Assembly (NCBI GenBank): GCA_963711565.1
Contig: CAVQEQ010000004.1
Location: forward strand, 800,001-864,000
DNA from: an uncultured delta proteobacterium
Lineage (GTDB): Bacteria; Desulfobacterota; Binatia; Binatales; Binataceae
Length of the DNA stretch: 64,000 bases
Direction: 5' to 3'
In this document: one piece after another, positions 56,801 through 64,000 of the stretch
How the letters are laid out: the number at the start of each line of letters is the position of its first letter
Position numbering within the stretch: the first letter of the stretch is position 1
Translations under genes and position numbers: made by a program
Notes under the pieces: model-generated
What the model saw: only the letters and a program-made list of their open reading frames with translations
Databases searched by the model: none
Told to the model about the DNA's origin: nothing

Positions 56801-58591
56801 TCAATCCGAATCGGAGTCGTCGTTCTCGTCGGCCGTCGTCAGCACGGAGTCGGCGACGCGTGAATATTCAAACATCCCGGAACCGCGATTAGCACCGATG
56901 CAGAAGCTCGCGAAGCCGAGTGACGTGTAGATGCGCGACTGCTCGGGCCCTGGGCGCGACAGCGGAATGAAGCATTCGACACTGCCGTCGATTTTGCACG
57001 ATGATCCGTCGGGGCGCGTCAACGACGCGTAAATGCGATGCGGCGGTTCTTCGACCGAAGGAGTCTCGATCGTGAGATCGCGCAGCTCGCACGGCGACCA
57101 TCCGCCGGCGTCGAGAATCCTCGCGCTCTGATTCGGCGTCGCGTCGTCGATTGCGATCGAGCGCGCTTCGAGCGCATGCGGCACGGCTTCATCTTCGAAG
57201 CACGCCCAGATCATCCGGCGCGCCGTGAATTTCTGCGGACCCAGTCCGGTAAACGACATTCCCGCGCGCGCAAATCCGTTGATCGTCCGCGCGACGCCCT
57301 GGATGCAAACCTTTCCCGAGACTCGGCCAAAAGCAACGCTCGACGACAGCGCGTCCGCGGCAGTGCCTGACGAAGTCAGGATCCGGTCGAACTCGAACTC
57401 ACCGCCGGCGCGATCGATTTCGAAGCGCATCTCGACCTCCGCGTTGCCGTCGAGCCGCCCGGAAGCCAGAGCGCGCTCGATGCTCAAGTACGCGGTGGCG
57501 TCGGGCACAATCACGGCGGGTCCGCGGAAAGCGAGTACGATCGATTCGCCCTCGCGCCGCAGCGAGAGCGGACCGTGAGTGACGGCGCCGGCGGAACGGG
57601 TCGGACGGCCTTCGGCGGTGAATAGTGCCGCGCGATGGCCATCGAACAGCATCATGATTCGCGCGCCCATGCCCGCGCCACCAACGTCGAAGCTCGCCAT
57701 CGCGCCGAAGTGCGCCGCAGGATCGTAAAATTCGATCCCGATACGGCCGGGCGCCGCGATTGTCCCCGCCGCACCAATTTCCGATTTAACGACGGGCGGC
57801 CGCGGCGCGCGATTTATCACGTTCGCGGAACGAATGACATGTGGATCGCCCTTTCCTGAAAAAGCTTCGGTGATCGCGTCTTCGCATCGCGCGCGCAACT
57901 CGCCCGGCATCCTGAGCGCGACCGACAGTTCGAGTTGGGCCGCATCGACGACCCCGCTCATCGCGATTTCAGAAATCGATCTCAGCGGCGCGTTCGGACT
58001 CTCGCGATGCCGCGCGGTGAAGGCCTGCAGCAGGTTCTGCAAACCGCCGCCCGGGTAGCGCATGCCGTAGGTCGGCTTGATTCCGTGCCTCTGCAGGCGT
58101 TCGGCGAGCCCGGCAAGGGGACCGTTGATAAAATCGTCGCATGCAGAGACGCAAGCGGAACCCGGCGGCCGCAGCTCGCCGCCCGAGTTTCGCAGTCCCA
58201 GCCCGAAGTCGAGGCGCGGCTCGATAATGTTCCAGCCATGGATGAGCAGCACTGTGACGCGCGCGTGACGCGCGACGATCGCGGCGACGCGATCCGCGAT
58301 CATCTCGAGTAGCCACGGTGCGTGCTCGATTATTTGCGAGAGGCGGTTGCAGTCGAGCCGATTGCGATCCATCGCGACGTTGATCAGCGCCGATGCGCCG
58401 AGCCGCGTCGCCAGTCCGCGCGTGATGTCCGCGGTATGAAGATCGTTGACCTTGGGATTGAGCAGCGAGCGCGTGCGCGGCTCGGCGCGGCCGCCGTGCG
58501 GCGCAATCAGGAGCAGGGGAGAATCGGCATCTATAACCTCGAGCCACGACTCGGAGGCTGCGGTTGCGGTATGAAGCCCGGATTCAGGCAT
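56801..58591 (-). CDS. Two-domain hypothetical protein: N-formylglutamate-amidohydrolase-like N-terminal domain plus beta-rich C-terminal domain
   Basis: LLIAPHGG, NDLHT, LDCNR, LIHG, QLE. C-terminal GSGMFEY. Confidence 0.65.
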   Translation of the reverse strand: MPESGLHTATAASESWLEVIDADSPLLLIAPHGGRAEPRTRSLLNPKVNDLHTADITRGLATRLGASALINVAMDRNRLDCNRLSQIIEHAPWLLEMIADRVAAIVARHARVTVLLIHGWNIIEPRLDFGLGLRNSGGELRPPGSACVSACDDFINGPLAGLAERLQRHGIKPTYGMRYPGGGLQNLLQAFTARHRESPNAPLRSISEIAMSGVVDAAQLELSVALRMPGELRARCEDAITEAFSGKGDPHVIRSANVINRAPRPPVVKSEIGAAGTIAAPGRIGIEFYDPAAHFGAMASFDVGGAGMGARIMMLFDGHRAALFTAEGRPTRSAGAVTHGPLSLRREGESIVLAFRGPAVIVPDATAYLSIERALASGRLDGNAEVEMRFEIDRAGGEFEFDRILTSSGTAADALSSSVAFGRVSGKVCIQGVARTINGFARAGMSFTGLGPQKFTARRMIWACFEDEAVPHALEARSIAIDDATPNQSARILDAGGWSPCELRDLTIETPSVEEPPHRIYASLTRPDGSSCKIDGSVECFIPLSRPGPEQSRIYTSLGFASFCIGANRGSGMFEYSRVADSVLTTADENDDSDSD

Positions 58592-59323
58592 TCAGATCGA
58601 CGCGGTCCGATTGGACTTTAGCGCGGCCCGCGCCTGGAGCACGAATGACGCAATGAAATAGTAAGCGATGTAACTCAGTCCGGCCCACAACATTATTCGG
58701 TTCACGATCGGCAGCATCAGCAGCGATGCGATCGTCAAAAATCCCCAGATGATTCCCAGCGTGAGCGTGATCGGGCGGAGCGGCACGGTCCGATTTGGAT
58801 AGATATATTTGAGCGGCATGAACACCATCACGCCGAGGATCAGAAGCACGGCGACGTTGAAGCCGGTGCCGCTGCCGAGACAGTAAAGATAAAACGCGAC
58901 GAGGTTCCAGTAATTCGGAAAGCCGAGGAAGTAGTGGTCCGGCGTTTTGGCTTCGGTATGGCAGAAGCCGTAAACGCTCGCGAGCATCACGAAGCACGCC
59001 AGCGCCAGGCCCCATCGCGAATCCGGGATGATCCCGGCCTCGAGCATCAGGAACACCGGCGCTACGGTGTAGGTCAGATAGTCGACGATATTGTCGAGCA
59101 GCGCGCCGTCGAAGGTCGGCACTCGAATCTTGACCATCAGCCACCGCGCGAGCGGGCCGTCGCTGCAATCGATGATCGTCGCCGCACCCATCGCCAGGAA
59201 CGACGCGCGGAAGTCGCCGCGCGAGGCGAAGAAGATCGCGAGCAGGCCAAGCGCCGCGCCGAGAGCGGTATATAGATGTACGCCCCACGCGCAGGCCGTG
59301 AGAAATTTCTGCCGTGGGACCAT
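58592..59323 (-). CDS. pcs: Phosphatidylcholine synthase-like CDP-alcohol phosphatidyltransferase
   Basis: AWGVHLYTALG, IDCSDGPLAR, DGALLDNIVDYLTY, DHYFLGFPNYWNLV. Confidence 0.8.
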   Translation of the reverse strand: MVPRQKFLTACAWGVHLYTALGAALGLLAIFFASRGDFRASFLAMGAATIIDCSDGPLARWLMVKIRVPTFDGALLDNIVDYLTYTVAPVFLMLEAGIIPDSRWGLALACFVMLASVYGFCHTEAKTPDHYFLGFPNYWNLVAFYLYCLGSGTGFNVAVLLILGVMVFMPLKYIYPNRTVPLRPITLTLGIIWGFLTIASLLMLPIVNRIMLWAGLSYIAYYFIASFVLQARAALKSNRTASI

Positions 59324-59360
59324 CCGCGGCAAACTTCCGGCTGCGCCTGATGAGGTCAAG

Positions 59361-59900
59361 TCATTTGTCCGGCTTATAGTCGCGCGGCCCGAAGTACTCT
59401 TCGAGCACCGTCATGAACGGTCCGCATGCGCGATTCTTTTTCACGAGCTTCATCGCTTCTTCGAGAGACATTTGCCGATATGCGCGCAGAAACGCAATCG
59501 CCAGCGTCGGTGCGCGATTCATCCCGGCGTTGCAATGAAGATATACGCGCGAGCCGGAACCGACCAGGTCGCGAAGATCGTGCAGCGCCACTTCGAGCCG
59601 CTCGGCCATCGCGTCGGCGCTGCCATCCTGGATGGGCGTCCGCACGTAGTCGATTCCCTGCGCGTCATACGCCGCGCTCAGTTCCTTGTTGTCCAAGCCG
59701 TTCATGCGCAGATCGTCATCGTCTTGCAGATTGTGGACCGCGGTGATCCCGTAGGTGTCCTTCAGCCACGGGATATCGGCTTGACCGGGATACTCGCCGA
59801 CCAGCAATTCGTCTGAAATCACGCTGACCGACGGACGCCGGCCGCCCCGAGTCGGGCGCGGCGCGTGGTCGGCACGTTTGCTGAACCAATCAACCATCAT
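59361..59900 (-). CDS. Dual-specificity protein/lipid phosphatase family
   Basis: PIQD acid loop and VYLHCNAGMNR (CX5R). Confidence 0.85.
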   Translation of the reverse strand: MMVDWFSKRADHAPRPTRGGRRPSVSVISDELLVGEYPGQADIPWLKDTYGITAVHNLQDDDDLRMNGLDNKELSAAYDAQGIDYVRTPIQDGSADAMAERLEVALHDLRDLVGSGSRVYLHCNAGMNRAPTLAIAFLRAYRQMSLEEAMKLVKKNRACGPFMTVLEEYFGPRDYKPDK

Positions 59901-59981
59901 CCAAATGTAACCATCCGGCGGGCAAGTATTCCAGCGTCAGCTTGAGTGCCGGAGATGCGGCAGCGTTGGCGCGGGCGGGCA

Positions 59982-62900
59982 TCACGCTTTGGCGCGACCG
60001 CGAGGCAGCCCGGGCGAGTGATCGATTTTGGCACGCGACTGCGTAGCCGGCTGGATGTCACTCGACACCGCAGCATCCGTGTCGGAGGTCAGCGGGAAAC
60101 TCTTGCGCCTGCCGGAAAGCGCGATTACCGCGCTGCGCATCAGGTCGGCGATATTGCGATAGGCTCCAGCGCCTTCGGAACTCTGTGCGATTTCACGAAG
60201 TTTGCTCGCGGCGATCACGCGACCGATGCGGACTTCCACCGGATGACGCCGCGGAACGAGGCTGCCCTTGCCGATCACGTCGTGAGTCCCGCGAATCAGC
60301 ACCGGCAACACGTCGCATCGGCTGCGCAGCGCCAGGAATCCAGCTCCGCTCTTGAATTCGTGAATCTCGCCGTCGGCCGAGCGCGTGCCCTCGGGAAACA
60401 TCAGGACGCTTCGCCCCTGCGCCAGCTCGGCGAGCGCGTCTTCGAGCGATTCGAGCTGCGCGCGTTCGCGATCGAACGGCATCATTGACGTAAAATTTGC
60501 TGCGAGAAAACGGCGCGCCGGCGTGTTAAAGAAATAATCCTTGGCGGCGAGCACGCGGATGTCGTCGCCAATCGCGCCGAGCGCGTAACCGACCAAGCTG
60601 AAATCGAGATGGCTCGAATGGTTCGCGACGACGATGAAGTTGCGATTGGCCGGGATGTTGCCGCGCCCGAGGATCTTCGGCTTCAGCCATCCTTCGAAAA
60701 TTGCGCGCTCGGCGCCGCGCACCGCGAAGCGGCCGAGCCACTCAAGCGGCGCCGGCAAGCGCACGGTGTAGGGTTCGGCGAACTTCGCGTAGGACGGCAT
60801 GCGCGGCCGTCCGTTGCCGCCCGGCTGGCTCGCGAGGAGTTGCAGGTCGGCGACGGTGCGCAGGTCCGCGAATTCCTCCGGCGCAATCTCGCGGCTTGCG
60901 CGCTGGCCGATCAGCTCGCCGATTTCCGCAAGTGCGAGCGAGTCGAGGCCCAGGTCCTCGATCAGCCGCGTCGCCGGCGTGATGTTGATCGGCTCGGTGG
61001 CAATTGACGTGAGCGCCTCGGCGAGCCAGGTCTCGACCTCGGAACTGGCGTTGTCGGTTTCCTTGTTTACATCGCTCGCGCGAACGTCAAGCATCCGCCG
61101 CAGTATCGCGGATACGTCGGTGCGTTTGATCTTGCGGGTGCGGGTGCGCGGTAGTTCGGCGTCGGTGAAGCGGAGGATCCGGATTCGCTTGTGCGCGCTG
61201 AGTTCGCGCGCCACCTTGTCGAAGTCGCTGCGCAAACGGTCTTCCACCGCGCGGCGGCTCTCTCCGCGCGCGTATGCGGGCACGACCAGCGCCGCGACCT
61301 GCTCGCCCTGGCCGACTTTCAGACCAACCACCGCCATCTCTTTCACAAATTCCGAACGACCGTAAATTTCTTCCAGCTCTTCGATGTAGATGTTGTTGCC
61401 GCCGGAATCGACGATGACTTCCTTCGCGCGGCCGACGATGTACAAACGTCCCTCGTCGTCAAAACGTCCGAGGTCTCCGGTGTGAAGCCATCCGTCGCGC
61501 AAAACCTCGGCGGTGGCGGCCTCGTTGCGATAGTAACCCGCCATCACGTTCGGCCCGTGCGCGACTATCTCGCCGATCGATCCCGTCGCGGGCGCGAGCT
61601 TGATCTCGACGCCGTTCAGTGGCCGTCCAACAGAACCGACTTGCAGCGGCTCGTCGGGTCGCGCAGTGGATAGCACCGGCGCGCCTTCAGTCAAGCCGTA
61701 ACCTTCGAGCAGCGGGATTCCGATGTCGTTGAAAAACTCGGCCACGCGATGAGGCAGCGCCGAACCGCCGCTGACGGCGAGCCGCAGCCGCCCGCCCAGC
61801 GCGGAATGAACCTGCCGAAAAACGATCGAGCCGAAGTTGAGACCCGAATTCGTGTCGAGCCGGCGATTGAGATCGCGCAGGTTGTCGAAGGCGGCATGAA
61901 AGAAAGGACCGCGCGCTTCGACTTCATCGACGATCCGCCGATGCACCGCCTCCCACACCGCCGGCACGCCAATCAGCGCGGTGGGGCGAACGTCGGCCAG
62001 CGTGCGCGAAAGCGTCTTCGCGTCGACCTCGAGCGGGTAGACGATAGTCGCGCCGCTAGCCAGCGGCAGCAGCATCCCGCAGGTAAACTCGAACGCGTGA
62101 TGCAGCGGGAGCAGCGACAACACAACGTCGTCGGCGCCAAGCACGAAGACTCGCGACAGCATCGCGATTTCGGCGGCGAAGTTGGCGTGCGACAACATCA
62201 CGCCCTTGGGCGTGCCGGTGCTGCCGGAGGTGAACAGTATCGACGCGAGCGCCTTTCGCTCGGGCGGCGCCGGGGGAGTCTTCGCGTCGCCACGCAAAAT
62301 AAACGGGCGCGCGAGTTCGGCGAGATCGAGCTCGATGAGTTTCGGGTGAGCGTCGCCAAGCGTCGAGCCGAGCCGTTTGTGAACTGCGTTCGAGCGCAAT
62401 ACGGCTGCCGGTTCAGCGATCTTCCAGATGGGCGCCAGCTCTTCGGCGGAAATCAGCTGGTCGAGCGGCACGGCGATCGCGCCGGCGCATAGAATCGCGA
62501 AGTAGCCGAGCACCCAATCGGGCGAGTTCTCGCCGATGAGAAGGACGCGATCGCCCGGTTTGATTCCGCGCGTCGCGAGCAGCAGCGCCGCGCGATGCGC
62601 CCGGTCGCGCAGCTCGCGATAGGTAATCTGCGTCTGCTCGCCTGACGGCCTCCGCGCGATCGTCGCGACTCGAGAGCCGTAGCGGTCGGCGGCGCGATCG
62701 AGCATATCGACGAGGCTGCGATGACGCGGCAGCGACTTTGCCCTACCGCGGGTGTGGAGATCGAGCTGCGGGAAGATATGGCGGCGCAGGCCCGGCAGGT
62801 GAATGTTGATCCAGTAGTCGTGCCAATCGATCAGGTCGGGACGGAACGGATGCCGCTCGGCGTCGGCCGGCTTGAGCGACGCGTAAAGCGCGCGAATGTT

Positions 62901-63998
62901 GCTCGCGTGAAAAGTATAGACGAGCTCCTGGATATACGGGCGATAGACCTCGACCAGCTCGCGCGCGAGGTCGGTGTTCTCCTTGAATTTATCGATGCTG
63001 CTTTCGATCTTCTTCGCGCGCTGATTTTCCTCGCCGACCACGCTGCGCGCGAACGCCGCCGCTTGTTTGAGAATATGCGGAAGCGTTTCGCTGGCGAGGT
63101 CGTAGGTGTTTTGCGACACGACGACCGCTTCCAGATGAGGCCCCAGCCAGCGCATCGTGCCGCCGTCCTTGCGATGCTCGCGGCGATTGCTGAGCGCGGT
63201 CAGCTCGACCAGCCGCCGCATCGGCAGCGGATTACGATCCGACGTGCATAGCTGGTAGATGGGCTTGTGCTTGCGCGACAGCAGTGCGCCGAGAATCGGA
63301 ATCATCGCGTGCGCGGCGAGATCGACCGGGATCACGTCGAGCACCAAGTCGGCCTTGGCGGGATAAAAGCGATAGCCGCGGCCCGCGAGATAAGTCAGCG
63401 GCGCGCTGGTGTTGACGCCCTGGTTCCATCCGGGGAACGGATCGCGCAGCGCGCTTTCTATAATCGCCGGGCGCACGACCGCAACGTTTAGCTTGTCACG
63501 ATGCGCCAGCACCAATTGTTCGCCGAGACTTTTGGTATAGCTGTAGGTATTCGGCCATCCCCAGGTCTGCGCGCGCTTGCAGCCAACGTCCTTGAGGCGT
63601 TCCTCGACCCATTGCTTGCGCCGATGTTCGATGGCGGATTCGCGCGGAGCGTCGGCATCGCCGTCGTGATCGTGGAACTCCGCATGACGCAGTTGATCGC
63701 GCGACTCGGCCTGCACACGCTGGATGGCTGCCAGCGCATCGCTAATCTCGCGCTCGAGGCGAAACGACTTGCGTCCACTGGGACTCCAGTTCTCGGGGAT
63801 GTCGTCTTCGTAGCGATGGCCGTCGGCACTGCCCGCGACGTAGCACGTTAACACATGCATCATCGCGGCGCCGAGTTTGCGGCAGAACTCGATCACGTTG
63901 GCCACGCCAGTCGTGTTGACCTCGATCGCTTTTTCCAGCGACGCCTCGAAGTTCACCAGCCCCGCGCTATGCACGACCGCGTCGAGGCTGCCCGGCTT
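59982..63998 (-). CDS. Multidomain acyl-reductase / adenylation / ACP / acyltransferase (ElbD-like ether-lipid synthase), 5'-truncated by the window
   Basis: WGWPNTYSYTK and VRPAII (FAR); FTSGSTGTPKG, EGYGLTE and LHTGD (adenylation); DLGLDSL (ACP); NHSSHLD and FPEGTRS (PlsC). Confidence 0.9.
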   Translation of the reverse strand, partial: KPGSLDAVVHSAGLVNFEASLEKAIEVNTTGVANVIEFCRKLGAAMMHVLTCYVAGSADGHRYEDDIPENWSPSGRKSFRLEREISDALAAIQRVQAESRDQLRHAEFHDHDGDADAPRESAIEHRRKQWVEERLKDVGCKRAQTWGWPNTYSYTKSLGEQLVLAHRDKLNVAVVRPAIIESALRDPFPGWNQGVNTSAPLTYLAGRGYRFYPAKADLVLDVIPVDLAAHAMIPILGALLSRKHKPIYQLCTSDRNPLPMRRLVELTALSNRREHRKDGGTMRWLGPHLEAVVVSQNTYDLASETLPHILKQAAAFARSVVGEENQRAKKIESSIDKFKENTDLARELVEVYRPYIQELVYTFHASNIRALYASLKPADAERHPFRPDLIDWHDYWINIHLPGLRRHIFPQLDLHTRGRAKSLPRHRSLVDMLDRAADRYGSRVATIARRPSGEQTQITYRELRDRAHRAALLLATRGIKPGDRVLLIGENSPDWVLGYFAILCAGAIAVPLDQLISAEELAPIWKIAEPAAVLRSNAVHKRLGSTLGDAHPKLIELDLAELARPFILRGDAKTPPAPPERKALASILFTSGSTGTPKGVMLSHANFAAEIAMLSRVFVLGADDVVLSLLPLHHAFEFTCGMLLPLASGATIVYPLEVDAKTLSRTLADVRPTALIGVPAVWEAVHRRIVDEVEARGPFFHAAFDNLRDLNRRLDTNSGLNFGSIVFRQVHSALGGRLRLAVSGGSALPHRVAEFFNDIGIPLLEGYGLTEGAPVLSTARPDEPLQVGSVGRPLNGVEIKLAPATGSIGEIVAHGPNVMAGYYRNEAATAEVLRDGWLHTGDLGRFDDEGRLYIVGRAKEVIVDSGGNNIYIEELEEIYGRSEFVKEMAVVGLKVGQGEQVAALVVPAYARGESRRAVEDRLRSDFDKVARELSAHKRIRILRFTDAELPRTRTRKIKRTDVSAILRRMLDVRASDVNKETDNASSEVETWLAEALTSIATEPINITPATRLIEDLGLDSLALAEIGELIGQRASREIAPEEFADLRTVADLQLLASQPGGNGRPRMPSYAKFAEPYTVRLPAPLEWLGRFAVRGAERAIFEGWLKPKILGRGNIPANRNFIVVANHSSHLDFSLVGYALGAIGDDIRVLAAKDYFFNTPARRFLAANFTSMMPFDRERAQLESLEDALAELAQGRSVLMFPEGTRSADGEIHEFKSGAGFLALRSRCDVLPVLIRGTHDVIGKGSLVPRRHPVEVRIGRVIAASKLREIAQSSEGAGAYRNIADLMRSAVIALSGRRKSFPLTSDTDAAVSSDIQPATQSRAKIDHSPGLPRGRAKA

Positions 63999-64000
63999 GA

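Noticed and set aside
63845-63858. HVLTC instead of the usual HVST in the reductase domain (rare TTA codon)
   Set aside because: A single TCA-to-TTA change could be an error or a tolerated variant. YxxxK and the Thr are intact, so it cannot be interpreted without reads.

Overview
GC-rich bacterial chromosome segment. The gene style tentatively suggests a deltaproteobacterial-type lineage such as Candidatus Binatia; this is unverified inference. (1) Bases 1-~14.3 kb are the right part of a lower-GC, decaying integrative element. It carries a 5'-truncated giant SF1 helicase with a C-terminal Vsr/REase-like domain (Hhe-like), an AbiEii remnant, a thiaminase I homologue, a GIY-YIG protein and a HEPN protein. 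It also has a DNA-methylase pseudogene whose 3' end is duplicated around a two-gene cassette, a DUF736 pseudogene and an RHH-protein/xis/tyrosine-integrase module. That module ends 62 bp before the 5' end of an intact tRNA-Arg(UCG), which is followed by hicAB. (2) Bases ~15-64 kb are mostly core genome: grxC, purN, purM, comF, TolC, RluA family, uvrA, pgeF, acyl-CoA dehydrogenases, uvrB, ssb, rnj, ftsK, lolA, rimO, dksA, mrp and pcs. Notable exceptions are a tandem array of five OmpA-domain lipoproteins with 20-26 consecutive prolines (each with its own promoter, shared direct-repeat box and terminator), a 234-bp palindromic MITE-like element, a frameshifted glycoside hydrolase and a 5'-truncated ElbD-like ether-lipid synthase upstream of a phosphatase and a phosphatidylcholine synthase. 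No CRISPR array or rRNA was seen. All family calls come from motif recognition by eye; no searches were run.
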